Shown here piece after piece: positions 19,576 to 30,261 of a DNA stretch of 64,000 bases. The DNA is from Candidatus Cloacimonadales bacterium (GTDB lineage Bacteria > Cloacimonadota > Cloacimonadia > Cloacimonadales > JAFGVF01). The DNA lies in the NCBI GenBank assembly GCA_963678315.1, contig OY782781.1, forward strand, positions 2,464,001 through 2,528,000, read 5' to 3'. A program made the position numbers and the translations under genes. A model generated the notes under the pieces. It did not search any database. It was not told the DNA's origin and saw only the letters and a list, made by a program, of their open reading frames with translations. The first letter of the stretch is position 1. Each line of letters starts with the position of its first letter.

Positions 19576-20010
19576 CTATATCTTAGTATGACCAAAGCCA
19601 CCTTCACCTCTAACAGTTTCAGAAAGACTATCAACCTCATTAAAATGAACATTTTCATATTTAGCCACAACCATTTGGGCAATCCTCATGCCATGCTTTA
19701 TAACAAAATCTTCTTTACCAAGGTTCATAAGAATCACTTTAACTTCTCCTCTATAATCAGGATCTATAGTCCCAGGAGAATTTAATACACAAATCTGATT
19801 TTTTAAAGCAAGTCCACTTCTAGGTCTAATTTGTACCTCATAGCCAGGTTCAATAGCAATTGATAGTCCAGTTGGAACAAGAGCTACTTTACCAGCCTCA
19901 ATAAGCATATCTGAGTTTAAACAGGCAGATACATCGTAACCTACTGCATGATCTGAATATTTTTGAGGTATGATAGCTTTAGCATCATTTTTTTTTATTT
20001 CAATCTTCAT
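19576..20010 (-). CDS. dut: dUTP diphosphatase
   Basis: QIRPRSGLA, NSPGTIDPDYRGE, RIAQMV, RGEGGFGHT. Confidence 0.97.
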   Translation of the reverse strand: MKIEIKKNDAKAIIPQKYSDHAVGYDVSACLNSDMLIEAGKVALVPTGLSIAIEPGYEVQIRPRSGLALKNQICVLNSPGTIDPDYRGEVKVILMNLGKEDFVIKHGMRIAQMVVAKYENVHFNEVDSLSETVRGEGGFGHTKI

Positions 20011-20906
20011 TAGAATTTTCTGGTTAATATAAAGTCAGTTAGAAGTTGCAACATTTCAGCTTTTTCTCCATAGAAATTAAGTATTCTTTTTGCGCTACGG
20101 ATTAATTTATCAGCCATTTCATGTGATTTTTCTAAGCCATGAACAGCTGGGAAAGTAGCTTTGTTCACATCTGCATCTTTTCCGATAGACTTTCCAAGAA
20201 CTTTTGGATCACCTTCAATATCAAGAATATCATCAACAATCTGGAATGCTAAACCAATTTTTGTAGCATACTTATCAAGTCTTTGAATATCTTCTTCAGA
20301 AGCATTTGCAGCTAAACAACCAAATCTAACAGCTAAATTTAAAAGTTTTCCAGTCTTATTATCATGTATATATTCTAACATTCTTTTAGACACTTTCTTA
20401 TCTTCGTGTTCTATATCTTGTATTTGACCAGATATAAGACCCTCATGACCACTCACCTGAGCAAGTTCTTTAATGTAAAATATCTTTTCTTCATCTGTAA
20501 ATGGAGAACTATTAATTAATTCGAAGGCTGATACAAGCAGAGCATCTCCTGCTAAGAGTGCTATATCTGGACCATAGACAACATGACATGTTTTTTTGCC
20601 TCTACGCATATCATCATTATCAATTTCAGGCAAATCATCATGGATTAAAGTATAGGTATGTAGCAGTTCAATTGCTCCAGCTAGATATTTTACTTTAGAA
20701 AAGTCATCATCAAAAAGAGAATAAATCGATAATGTTAAATAAGGTCTAATCCTTTTACCACCTGCAAACAAAGTATGTCTAATTGCTTTATGAATGTGTT
20801 TTGGATATTCATCTTTGCGTGGTAAAAATCTATCTAATATAATATTAACAATTTCACGTTTTTCTTTTATATCTCTTTTTATTAACATCGATTTAGGATT
20901 AGTCAT
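20010..20906 (-). CDS. ispA: Polyprenyl (farnesyl) diphosphate synthase
   Basis: GGKRIRP, LIHDDLPEIDNDDMRRG, FQIVDDILD; follows xseB as in the usual cluster. Confidence 0.9.
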   Translation of the reverse strand: MTNPKSMLIKRDIKEKREIVNIILDRFLPRKDEYPKHIHKAIRHTLFAGGKRIRPYLTLSIYSLFDDDFSKVKYLAGAIELLHTYTLIHDDLPEIDNDDMRRGKKTCHVVYGPDIALLAGDALLVSAFELINSSPFTDEEKIFYIKELAQVSGHEGLISGQIQDIEHEDKKVSKRMLEYIHDNKTGKLLNLAVRFGCLAANASEEDIQRLDKYATKIGLAFQIVDDILDIEGDPKVLGKSIGKDADVNKATFPAVHGLEKSHEMADKLIRSAKRILNFYGEKAEMLQLLTDFILTRKF

Positions 20907-20911
20907 TTATA

Positions 20912-21115
20912 TCATTCTCCTGAATTATTTCTATTAATAACATTTATTTTTTCTTCAAATTTCTTTAGTTCTTTTTCACAGTACTTTATCAACTCATTAC
21001 CTTTTTCATACAAAGTAATCATTTTATCAAGCGGTAAATTACTTTCTTCTATTTGAGCAATAATATCGTTGAGCTCTTCAATAGCTTTTTCGTAAGTAAT
21101 GTTTTTTGATGCCAT
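20912..21115 (-). CDS. xseB: Exodeoxyribonuclease VII small subunit
   Basis: YEKAIEEL..I...IE....PLD....LYEKG..L...C. Confidence 0.92.
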   Translation of the reverse strand: MASKNITYEKAIEELNDIIAQIEESNLPLDKMITLYEKGNELIKYCEKELKKFEEKINVINRNNSGE

Positions 21116-21123
21116 CTTTTTAC

Positions 21124-22050
21124 CTACTTGAACATTGCAGATACAAATTCTTTTGCATCAAAATCTTGTAAATCATCTATTCCTTCACCAAGTCCTATCA
21201 GTCTAACAGGAACATTTAAAACTCTCTTAATATTTAAAACAATACCACCCTTAGCTGTACCATCTAATTTTGTTAGTACTAACCCTGTTAAAGGAATAAT
21301 ACCATTGAATGTTTTAGCTTGATTTACAGCATTCTGACCAGTTGTAGCGTCTAATACCAAGAAAACCTCATGAGGTGCTTCTGGTATTACTTTTTTAATA
21401 GTTCTATTTATTTTTTCTAGTTCTTGCATTAAGTTAGCTCTATTATGTTGTCGACCTGCAGTATCTATCAGAACTACATCTTTGTCTCTTGCAACTGCAG
21501 CTTTTAATCCATCAAAAACAACTGAAGAAGGGTCAGCACCATGTGACTGCTTAATTATTTCTACATCAGATCTATCTGCCCAAATATCTAATTGTTCGAT
21601 TGCAGCAGCTCTAAATGTATCCCCTGCAATCATCAAAACAGACTTTCCTTCCTGTGTAAAACGCTTTGCTAATTTACCAATTGTAGTTGTCTTACCAACA
21701 CCATTCACTCCAATAAATAAAAATACTTGAGGTACATTGTCGTTGAATACAAATACTTCTTCTTTTTCCTCATAACCTTCAAGAAGTTCTGCACTCATGA
21801 TATCTTGGATAATTCTTTGCACTTCTTCTGCATCTTGAATTTTATTGATTCTAATCTCATCTCTTAGCTTGTCAATAATCTCCATTGACATCTCAACGCC
21901 TGTATCACCTTGTAATAAAATTTCCTCTAATTCTTCGAGAAGTTCTTCATCAACCTTACCTCTAATTTTTACGGCTTCAGCTATTTTACCTATGAAATTA
22001 CTCTTGGTCGTTGCTAATTTATCCTTAAGTTTCTTAACAAACTTGAACAT
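21124..22050 (-). CDS. ftsY: SRP receptor FtsY
   Basis: GVNGVGKTTTIGKLA, DTFRAAA, DTAGR, DATTGQN, TKLDGTAKGG. Confidence 0.97.
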   Translation of the reverse strand: MFKFVKKLKDKLATTKSNFIGKIAEAVKIRGKVDEELLEELEEILLQGDTGVEMSMEIIDKLRDEIRINKIQDAEEVQRIIQDIMSAELLEGYEEKEEVFVFNDNVPQVFLFIGVNGVGKTTTIGKLAKRFTQEGKSVLMIAGDTFRAAAIEQLDIWADRSDVEIIKQSHGADPSSVVFDGLKAAVARDKDVVLIDTAGRQHNRANLMQELEKINRTIKKVIPEAPHEVFLVLDATTGQNAVNQAKTFNGIIPLTGLVLTKLDGTAKGGIVLNIKRVLNVPVRLIGLGEGIDDLQDFDAKEFVSAMFK

Positions 22051-22434
22051 TAAAACTCCTATTTTTTTAGATAATGCACCATTTTATGTAAAGAGTCTAA
22101 CTTATTCTTACAGAAATTCTTCACCTATACATAAAACTCAACTTGACTAATATTATAATAATATAAAAACACTACTACATTACCTAAATCTCACTACAAT
22201 TCTTTTATAAGTCATTATACACAAGCTATTAATAAAGTCAATGAAAAATATTATCAAATAACTTTTTATAGAAGACGGATTACTTTAGCCTATATAAGTC
22301 ACTCACAAATTACATCTTGGTCATTAGATCTTTTGAAACAGCTCAAATACCGTGTGTAAACATCCACCATCAGGTTGAAGGAATTTCATGCTTACCCAAA
22401 GATAAGCACATTGTAACTCCTCCTAACTCCTCTA

Positions 22435-22483
22435 TTACTTGCCTCCTTGAAAAAAAGCCAATTTTTCAAGGAGACCCTTAAGG
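22435..22483. repeat. Palindromic repeat family B
   Basis: TTACTTGCCTCCTTGAAAAAAAGCCAATTTTTCAAGGAGACCCTTAAGG; matches the 8160 and 43174 copies. Confidence 0.8.
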
Positions 22484-22504
22484 CAGAAGATACTTTCTAT
22501 AATA

Positions 22505-22534
22505 AAGAAAGGGACACCATAGTTGGAGTCCCTT
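22505..22534 (-). terminator. Terminator downstream of the TPR lipoprotein gene
   Basis: AAGGGAC...GTCCCTT stem with a T-rich tail on the minus strand. Confidence 0.6.
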
Positions 22535-22561
22535 AAAAAGAAATATATTTATTAACTAGAA

Positions 22562-24229
22562 TTAGAAACTTGTTTCTAATCTTTCATTAATTTCTCTTAA
22601 GCTAGCTAATCTTTTATCAATAACTTTGATAACATTAGGTTTTGTTGTAAGTTTCATAGCTTTATTTAGATTTTCTTCTACAGAAGTGAATAAATCTCTA
22701 GCTTGGTTTTTAGCTTCATCTCTTTTGTTAGCAAGAGTTTCAGCTTTAGAACCTGAAGCTTTAGGAATTTCTCTGTTAAATTTCTTTGCTTCATTATATT
22801 TATCAAGACCTTTAGATTGTTCAATTTGAGCAATGATTAATAGTGGAGCATAATTAGTAGGGCTAAATGTTCTTGCTTTTTTAGCATTTTCTTCAGCTTT
22901 TTTATAGTTCTTTTCTCCATAATATAAACTTGCAAGTCTGTTATAAACAATACCATTAGTATTATCAATTTTTATTACTTTATTGAATGTAGCTAAAGCT
23001 TTTTTATTATATGATTTAGCTGTTTTATTTTTATTGTTTTTCTTTGCTTCATTAGCAGCAGCTAAGTACATGTTAGCAAGATTAAGTCTTGAGTTGATAT
23101 CATTCTTATCTTTTTTAACGATTTTTTCATAGTTTGTAATAGCTTGTTCAATTTGTCCAGATTGTTGGTAAGCAGTAACAAGGTTATCTGTGATAATATC
23201 ATCATCAGGATTAGCTTGGTTTACTTTTTCTAAGTAAGGGATTGCATCAACAAAAGCTTGTTTATCAAAAAGAATGATAGCATATCTATAAATAGTATCA
23301 AGATCTTCTTCATCAATTTCAAGAGCTTTTAAAACAGCCATTTCCATGTTATTCAAGTCATTAGCTCTTGAATACATATCAGCAAGTTCAATCCATCTTT
23401 CTTTTGTGTTTTCAATTTCAGCAAGTTCTTTCATAGGGTTTGTTGCTTCTCTAAACTTATTTTGCATTAGATAAGTTTGAGCTTGTCTTTCACGGTATTT
23501 GATAGTACCAGCTGTATCTTGAGCAACTAAGTAATCAAATCTTGCAAGAGCTTGGTCATATTCTTCATTCTTAAGATTGATAAGACCTAAGTAGTAATAT
23601 GGCTCAGTGCTTTCAGGATTAATTTTAATAATATTTTCGAAAGATTCTTTAGCTAAATCATATTTTTTAACATTATAGTTTTGAATAGCTAAGTCGGTTA
23701 ATTTTGTCATTTCACCAACAACAAAATCATCTAATTCTTTCATGAATTTTGTATCAAGTGTTGTGAGTCTTTCATTTTTGTATTTTGTTAAAACTAATTT
23801 ACTAGGAGTAACATCACCTGTTCTCATAGAAGACATATTGTAAGTCATATTGAACCAAGGATTTCTTTTCTCTTCGATAGTAGCAGTAACCACGATATCT
23901 GCATTAAGTTCTTTACCTAAGTCTTCAATTTCTTCAGGTTCTAATTCTTCAACAGATAAGTCTTCACCTAAATCTAAGAAAGCTTCATTAGTTTGAGCTA
24001 AGTCAACTAGTTCAAATTTAGCAGATTTTCCAAAGATTAATTCTAAATCTCTAACTTCCATAATTTTTTTAATGTAACCACTCTGTGAATCGAGTTTTTC
24101 TAAAGGTAAAATAGCAACTCTGATAGGGTTGTCTATCTTCTCAACTTTAGTTCCATCAAACTCAGAAGTTAGGTTCATACTACAAGCGAATAAAAAAGCG
24201 CTCAGTAGAATTACAATAATTTTTCTCAT
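22562..24229 (-). CDS. Tetratricopeptide-repeat lipoprotein
   Basis: Lipobox LFAC; CsgG/TolB-N-like 'RVAILPL...GKELNADIVV'; multiple TPR helices. Confidence 0.8.
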   Translation of the reverse strand: MRKIIVILLSAFLFACSMNLTSEFDGTKVEKIDNPIRVAILPLEKLDSQSGYIKKIMEVRDLELIFGKSAKFELVDLAQTNEAFLDLGEDLSVEELEPEEIEDLGKELNADIVVTATIEEKRNPWFNMTYNMSSMRTGDVTPSKLVLTKYKNERLTTLDTKFMKELDDFVVGEMTKLTDLAIQNYNVKKYDLAKESFENIIKINPESTEPYYYLGLINLKNEEYDQALARFDYLVAQDTAGTIKYRERQAQTYLMQNKFREATNPMKELAEIENTKERWIELADMYSRANDLNNMEMAVLKALEIDEEDLDTIYRYAIILFDKQAFVDAIPYLEKVNQANPDDDIITDNLVTAYQQSGQIEQAITNYEKIVKKDKNDINSRLNLANMYLAAANEAKKNNKNKTAKSYNKKALATFNKVIKIDNTNGIVYNRLASLYYGEKNYKKAEENAKKARTFSPTNYAPLLIIAQIEQSKGLDKYNEAKKFNREIPKASGSKAETLANKRDEAKNQARDLFTSVEENLNKAMKLTTKPNVIKVIDKRLASLREINERLETSF

Positions 24230-24313
24230 ATATCCTCCACGATAATATTCATTTATTTAAAAAAAATTTATTTATATTCATTAAGTCAATAATTTTCTTA
24301 TAATTTTTGAAGT

Positions 24314-25060
24314 TTAGTAAATTTTTGTAACAGTTCCAGAATAAAAAGGTTGAATTAAATTCTCATCAAGTTCAAGAATTAAAGCCCCTTTATTATTAAC
24401 TTTCAGCACTGTTCCAGAGAACTTTTGAAATTCAGTATCTAGCTCAATAAGTTTATCTGTAAGATATGCATAACTATTAAAGTAATCTTTATAATAAGCA
24501 AATCCCTTTTCAATAAAGATTGGTAAATTCTTGTACAATTTATCTAAGAATTGAACAAGTATTACCTTATTATCAATCTCACTTGATAAATATCTCTTGA
24601 GTGATGTAGCAATGTTTAATAACTCATCTGGTAATTCATCAACATTTGAATCTAAACCAATTCCACAAACAAGATATTTAGCCCAAGAAAAATATGAAGT
24701 TAGAATACCACATATTTTTTTATCTTCAATAAAGATATCATTTGGCCATTTTATTTTTAAGGTATTTTCTAGTAAAGGAAAATTATCAATCAATGTTTCA
24801 TGGAGCAAGACTGACATAAAAAGTGTAATTGAGCTATCTTGCACAATGTTATATAAACCAAGAGAGAACCATAATCCCCCAGAAGGCGAATACCATACAT
24901 TTTTACCTCTACCTTTACCAGAATCTTGTTCTTCGGCTAATACTAAAAAGTTCCCTTTAACCAAATTATCTTTAATCATAGAAAGAGCTAAAGTAGAAGT
25001 GCTGTTAACCCTCTTCTTCTGGATAATTTCATCAAGTAATGGATGTTCTTCGATAAGCAT
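24314..25060 (-). CDS. birA: Biotin--[acetyl-CoA-carboxylase] ligase without HTH domain
   Basis: AEEQDSGKGRG..WYS, IKWPNDI, KKICGIL. Confidence 0.92.
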   Translation of the reverse strand: MLIEEHPLLDEIIQKKRVNSTSTLALSMIKDNLVKGNFLVLAEEQDSGKGRGKNVWYSPSGGLWFSLGLYNIVQDSSITLFMSVLLHETLIDNFPLLENTLKIKWPNDIFIEDKKICGILTSYFSWAKYLVCGIGLDSNVDELPDELLNIATSLKRYLSSEIDNKVILVQFLDKLYKNLPIFIEKGFAYYKDYFNSYAYLTDKLIELDTEFQKFSGTVLKVNNKGALILELDENLIQPFYSGTVTKIY

Positions 25061-25069
25061 AATAATCCT

Positions 25070-26110
25070 TTAGATAATTAACATAGCATCGCCATAACTA
25101 AAAAATCTATATTTTTCAGCAACAGCTTCTTTATAAGCATTCATAACATTATCATAACCAGCAAATGCTGAAATCATCATTAATAAAGTAGATTCAGGCA
25201 TGTGGAAGTTAGTTATAAGACCGTCAATAATCTTTAGTTGTTTACCAGGATAGATGAAAATACTTGTCCATTTCTCTCCGTGCTCAAGTCTATCATCTTT
25301 TACGAAACTTTCTAAGGTTCTAGTTGAGGTTGTACCAACAGTTATGACACGTCTGTGTTCATCCTTAGCTCTATTAACTATTTCTGCAGTTTCCTTAGAA
25401 ATATAACAGAATTCAGAGTGCATTTTATGTTCTTCGATATTATCAGTTTTAACTGGTCTGAATGTACCAAGCCCGACATGTAGAATAACTTCGGTAATGA
25501 TAACACCTTTTAGTCTCAAAGCTTCAATAATAGAGTCATCAAAGTGTAATCCAGCTGTGGGAGCGGCAACAGATCCTTTAATCTTAGCATAGATAGTTTG
25601 GTAAGTTCTTGAATCAGATTTTTCGGCTTCTCGCTTTATATAGGGAGGAAGTGGAATATGACCAATATCACTAAGAGCTTCCCAGAAATTACCTTCGTAA
25701 GCAAACTCGACAACTCTTGCTCCCTCATCAGCGTTATCTATAACTGTAGCTTTAAAAGTATCAGAAAATAATATTTCTGTACCAATCTTGCACCTTTTCA
25801 CAGGTTTAACAAGACATTTCCATTTGTCTTTTTCAATGTGATTTAGAAGAAATACTTCTATCTTTGCGCCTGTCTCCTTTTCTCCAATAAGTCTAGCCGG
25901 AATAACTTTTGTAGCATTAACCACTAGAACATCACCTGCTTTAAAATAATCAACAATATTCTTAAAATTATCGTGATTAACATGACCATTGCTTCTATCA
26001 AGAACAAGTAATCTAGAACTTGAACGATTCTCTAAAGGATATTGAGCAACTAATTCTTCTGGTAAATCATAATGATAACTCTTTTTATTCAATAAATCTA
26101 TTGATATCAT
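25070..26110 (-). CDS. queA: S-adenosylmethionine:tRNA ribosyltransferase-isomerase
   Basis: YDLPEELVAQYP, PLPPYIKR, GSVAAPTAGLHF, TNFHMPESTL, YRFFSYGDAM; probable start ATG at 26110. Confidence 0.96.
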   Translation of the reverse strand: MISIDLLNKKSYHYDLPEELVAQYPLENRSSSRLLVLDRSNGHVNHDNFKNIVDYFKAGDVLVVNATKVIPARLIGEKETGAKIEVFLLNHIEKDKWKCLVKPVKRCKIGTEILFSDTFKATVIDNADEGARVVEFAYEGNFWEALSDIGHIPLPPYIKREAEKSDSRTYQTIYAKIKGSVAAPTAGLHFDDSIIEALRLKGVIITEVILHVGLGTFRPVKTDNIEEHKMHSEFCYISKETAEIVNRAKDEHRRVITVGTTSTRTLESFVKDDRLEHGEKWTSIFIYPGKQLKIIDGLITNFHMPESTLLMMISAFAGYDNVMNAYKEAVAEKYRFFSYGDAMLII

Positions 26111-26112
26111 AT

Positions 26113-26874
26113 TTATACTTTTCCACCTGTTAAGTAAATTTCCTCTCCAGTTATATAGCTGTTTTGTTCTGAAGCAAAGAAGAGGCAACTTTTAAATAAG
26201 TCTTCTGGTTCCACAAATCTATTTATGGGTATATTTTGCAATTCTTTTTTAAAATATTCTTTTCTAAACTCCTGATAATGTTCAGGAAAATGGCTTTGAT
26301 CAACATTGACAGGTCCAGGGGAAATCGTATTTATTAGAATGTTATATTCACTGTATTCTAGGGATACTGTTCTTGTAAGATTAGCTAATGCACCCTTAGA
26401 CACAGCGTAAGCCGTTCCAAATTTCAGACCTGTTCTACTTATATTTGAGCCTAAAAAAACTATTCTACCATCCCTTAACCTCTGATAATAGGGTATTAAA
26501 ATATGGAGTAAATTATAACATGAAAGAATGTTTACTTCTACAATATTCCACCAATGAGAACCTTCAGTATCAGCCAGAAGCTTATGATCATTTGACCTTA
26601 ATGCTGCAGTATGTATTAGACTAATAGGAATAAAACCTTTCTCTTTGTGATATTCTTCAATAATATATTTAAGCTGTTCATAATCAGTTAATTCACATGA
26701 TTTTATGGTTAAAAACTTATCTCTTTCGCTAACTGAAGAGACAATATCCTTAAGTCTATCGCTAGTTTGATGCACTAATGCAAATACCTGATATCCTTCT
26801 TCGAGAAATCGTTTAACAAAATATGCCCCAATGGCTCCGTTAGCCCCAGTTATAATAATACTTTTCTTACTCAT
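26113..26874 (-). CDS. SDR family oxidoreductase
   Basis: ITGANGAIG, YAVSK, INTISPG, YITGE. Confidence 0.9.
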   Translation of the reverse strand: MSKKSIIITGANGAIGAYFVKRFLEEGYQVFALVHQTSDRLKDIVSSVSERDKFLTIKSCELTDYEQLKYIIEEYHKEKGFIPISLIHTAALRSNDHKLLADTEGSHWWNIVEVNILSCYNLLHILIPYYQRLRDGRIVFLGSNISRTGLKFGTAYAVSKGALANLTRTVSLEYSEYNILINTISPGPVNVDQSHFPEHYQEFRKEYFKKELQNIPINRFVEPEDLFKSCLFFASEQNSYITGEEIYLTGGKV

Positions 26875-28045
26875 TATTTCTTAATTGCTCTATCTTTTCA
26901 AATATTTTTATGCTCAATTCAAACTTAGAACCTTGAAATTCTTCAACAGCATCTCTTGTAATGAGAAATGCTTTTGTATCATCTGAGCCGGAGACATTTA
27001 TATTGTTGGCAATTAGTAAATCTAAATTCTTCTTAATGAGTTTAGCCTTGCCATACTCTATTACATTGTTAGATTCAGCAGCAAATCCGACAAGTATCTG
27101 CCCCTGAACTTTGTTTTGACCAAGATAGTTTAAGATGTCAGTTGTTCTTTCAAGTTCTAAAACCAAATCATCTTTTTTCTTAATCTTTTCAGAAGATTTA
27201 GTGATAGGAGTGTAGTCAGCTACAGCTGCGGTCATAATTATAACATCTTGTTTTTGATAAATTTCTTTTATTGCTTGAAACATAGCTTGAGCAGTGTTTT
27301 CATTTATACAATTTTCAAAATAATAAGGAAGAGGGACAGATATTTTACTGTGCACTAGAGTGGTTGTATTACCGCTAAAATATGCTATTTTAGCTAAGTT
27401 TATTCCCATTCTTCCAGTAGAATGATTAGATATAAATCGCATTGGATCAATTTCTTCTACTGACGCCCCTGCAGAAATTAAGATATTACACTTAGGGAAG
27501 CTAAAGTCTTTAACTAATTCAAATTTAATTAAGTCTAGCACATCTTCATTAGGGGGATATTTGCCTTTACCCTCATAACCACAGGCTAGCATACCCTTGG
27601 CTGGATCCATAACTGTAACACCTTTTGAACGCAAATATGAAACATTATCTTGAACAATTGCATTGTGGTACATGTTTACATTCATGGCAGGAACGAGAAT
27701 AATCTTCTTATGAAAAGCAATTGCTGTAGTGCTTAATAAATCATCTCCAATTCCATGAGCAAGCTTACCTAGTATATTTGCTGTAGCAGGAGCTATAATA
27801 AATATATCAGCCCAATCAGCTAATGAAATATGAGAGATTGGGTCTTCAAGCTCAAATTGGTCAATATAACTTCTTTGACCTGTAATAGCACGAAAGTTAT
27901 TTTCTGAGATGAATTTCAAAGCACTATTAGTTAGAATTGTTCTAACTATCGCACCTTCTTTTTTCAATCTACTAGCCAAATCTATAGCTTTGTAAGCTGC
28001 AATTCCACCAGTTACACCTAACAGTATTTTCTTATCTTTTAGCAT
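26867..28045 (-). CDS. coaBC: Bifunctional phosphopantothenoylcysteine decarboxylase/phosphopantothenate--cysteine ligase
   Basis: GVTGGIAAYKA, APATAN, PAMN, IDPMRFISNHSTGRMG, AAVADY, VGFAAES. Confidence 0.96.
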   Translation of the reverse strand: MLKDKKILLGVTGGIAAYKAIDLASRLKKEGAIVRTILTNSALKFISENNFRAITGQRSYIDQFELEDPISHISLADWADIFIIAPATANILGKLAHGIGDDLLSTTAIAFHKKIILVPAMNVNMYHNAIVQDNVSYLRSKGVTVMDPAKGMLACGYEGKGKYPPNEDVLDLIKFELVKDFSFPKCNILISAGASVEEIDPMRFISNHSTGRMGINLAKIAYFSGNTTTLVHSKISVPLPYYFENCINENTAQAMFQAIKEIYQKQDVIIMTAAVADYTPITKSSEKIKKKDDLVLELERTTDILNYLGQNKVQGQILVGFAAESNNVIEYGKAKLIKKNLDLLIANNINVSGSDDTKAFLITRDAVEEFQGSKFELSIKIFEKIEQLRNNE

Positions 28046-28206
28046 ATTAATTCCTTTTATTTATAGTAGCTAAAAGGCATAGTTTTGTCAAGAATTTACT
28101 ATTAAAAAAGTAAGAAACCTAAGAAAATATTATTTTTAATTTGTTTTTACAAAACCATAGTTTATATTCTAAATAAATTCGATAATAAATAAAGGAGTTA
28201 TATAAA

Positions 28207-28704
28207 ATGGCTAAAATAACATTACAAGGAAATGAAATTAATACTGTAGGTAATCTTCCAGAAGTTGGAGCAATCGCAAAAGATTTTACTTTAACAAATG
28301 CAGGATTAGCAGACGTTAATTTAAATGAATATAAAGGTAAGAAAGTAATACTTAACATTTTTCCTAGTTTAGACACAGCAGTTTGTGCTGCTTCAGTAAG
28401 AAGATTTAATGCTGAATTAAATAATTTAGATAATACTATTGTGCTATGCATTTCTAGAGATCTTCCATTTGCTCAAGCAAGATTTTGCGGTGCTGAAGGA
28501 TTAGAAAATGTAGTTACATTAAGTGAGATGAAAGATAATGACTTTTCTAATGCTTATGGTGTGAGAATAGTTGATGGTCCACTAGCATCCTTGATGGCAA
28601 GATCTATTGTTGTTATTGATGAAGAAGGTAAGATTGTTTATACTGAGTTAGTTCCTGAAATTGCTCAAGAACCAGACTATGATAAAGCGTTAGCTGCAAT
28701 TTAA
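28207..28704 (+). CDS. tpx: Thiol peroxidase
   Basis: FPSLDTAVCAASVRRFN, ISRDLPFAQARFCGAEG, EPDYD. Confidence 0.96.
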   Translation: MAKITLQGNEINTVGNLPEVGAIAKDFTLTNAGLADVNLNEYKGKKVILNIFPSLDTAVCAASVRRFNAELNNLDNTIVLCISRDLPFAQARFCGAEGLENVVTLSEMKDNDFSNAYGVRIVDGPLASLMARSIVVIDEEGKIVYTELVPEIAQEPDYDKALAAI

Positions 28705-28740
28705 GCTAACTAAAACTACCAACAAAACAACCAAAACATA

Positions 28741-28780
28741 AATAAAGAGACTGCTGTATATTGGCAGTCTCTTTTATTTT
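28741..28780. terminator. Bidirectional terminator between convergent tpx and malQ
   Basis: AAAGAGACTGC-loop-GCAGTCTCTTT with A/T tracts on both sides. Confidence 0.8.
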
Positions 28781-28797
28781 CATTATAACAAAATTAA

Positions 28798-30261
28798 TTA
28801 TCTTTTAGTTGCATTAACCATTTTTGCAAGATTAGCAGTATCAATTTTACCATAGAAATCTTTATCCAAACGTATTGCCCAATTCCCTTTTGCAAGACCA
28901 GGAACATTTAATCGATAAGTAGAATCTAGATTGAGTAGATCTTGAACTGGAATTATAACTAGCTTACTCTTAGAATGATAAGCAAGCTCAATTAGGTCTT
29001 TAGAAATAGTTTCCTGTGAGCAAGAACTTTCAACTTTCCGAATATCAGTTAAGAAACTGTTTAGTCTTGTTATTCCATAATCTGAATATTCTTCATTCTG
29101 ATACCAACCTAATGTTGTGTTGTTATCATGAGTTCCTGTATAGACTACAGTTTCTTCTTTGACTTCAAAAGGATTATATCTATCATCATCAAGGCAGAAG
29201 TGTAACACCTTCATTCCAGGAAGTGAGTAAGATTCTTGCAAAGCTACAACATCTTCATTAATCAAACCTAGATCCTCAGCAATTATATTGATTCTTCCCA
29301 ATGTGTTATGCAAGGTATCGAAGAGCTTATCTTTAGGTCCTATCCCCCACTGACCATCTCTAGCATCAGCTGTCTCAGCAGGAATCTTCCAATATCGACA
29401 AAATCCGATGAAATGATCAAGCCTAATAGAATCAAACATCTCTAGTTGGAATTTAATTCTATTAATCCACCATGAGAAGGCTGTCTCTTCATGTTTTTCC
29501 CATCTATATAAGGGATTATCCCAGACTTGCCCAAGTTCATTAAAATAATCTGGTGGAACTCCAGCTATATGTAGCATTCTGTTATTCTCTAAGTCAAACA
29601 AATCTCTATTGAAATATACATCGCTACTATTGTATGAAACATAAATTGGTAAATCTCCTATAATAGATATCCCTTTTCTAGCAGCATAGTCTTTTAACTT
29701 TCCCCATTGCTTCATAAATATAAACTGTTGGAAGATATTAAACAGATAAGTCTCCTCTGCTAATGTATCAGATAAATCTAAAGATGTAATATCCCAATTA
29801 CACCAATCTTTTTGATTGTTTACATCATACAATGTTTTGAAAGTAGCAAATTCTTTAACCCATGAAAGCTGTTCAAATTGATTAAATTCATTATTATTAT
29901 AATCATAATTTTTGAATGATTCTTTGAGCAATAAAGACTTGGTTTTGGTAACAAGTTCATAATCTATAAATTTAGTCAGTTGAATTTTATGCTGATTAGC
30001 TAATTCTTCAGATATTAGACCCTCTTCTATCAATAAATCAATTGATATTAAATTAGGGTATCCAGCAAAAGATGAAAGAGGAGTGTAGGGAGAATTCCCC
30101 TTTTCCGGATAGGTTAAGGGTAAAATTTGCCAATATGATTGTTTAGCTGAGACAAGAAAGTCAATAAATCTATAAGCAGATGGTCCTAAATCACCTATTC
30201 CCCACTCAGTCGGTAACATTGTAGGATGTAATAATATTCCACAACTTCTTTCCAGCTTCAT
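28798..30261 (-). CDS. malQ: 4-alpha-glucanotransferase (GH77)
   Basis: GILLHPTMLP, WQILPL, GDLPIYV, AGVPPDYF, RLDHFIGF, IAEDLG, YTGTHDN. Confidence 0.95.
   Translation of the reverse strand: MKLERSCGILLHPTMLPTEWGIGDLGPSAYRFIDFLVSAKQSYWQILPLTYPEKGNSPYTPLSSFAGYPNLISIDLLIEEGLISEELANQHKIQLTKFIDYELVTKTKSLLLKESFKNYDYNNNEFNQFEQLSWVKEFATFKTLYDVNNQKDWCNWDITSLDLSDTLAEETYLFNIFQQFIFMKQWGKLKDYAARKGISIIGDLPIYVSYNSSDVYFNRDLFDLENNRMLHIAGVPPDYFNELGQVWDNPLYRWEKHEETAFSWWINRIKFQLEMFDSIRLDHFIGFCRYWKIPAETADARDGQWGIGPKDKLFDTLHNTLGRINIIAEDLGLINEDVVALQESYSLPGMKVLHFCLDDDRYNPFEVKEETVVYTGTHDNNTTLGWYQNEEYSDYGITRLNSFLTDIRKVESSCSQETISKDLIELAYHSKSKLVIIPVQDLLNLDSTYRLNVPGLAKGNWAIRLDKDFYGKIDTANLAKMVNATKR

Noticed and set aside
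22250..22410. SRP RNA or gene remnant upstream of ftsY
   Set aside because: TCAGGTTGAAGGAA only loosely resembles the SRP helix 8 motif and lacks the AGCAG half. The minus-strand peptide fragments are stop-ridden and I cannot assign them.
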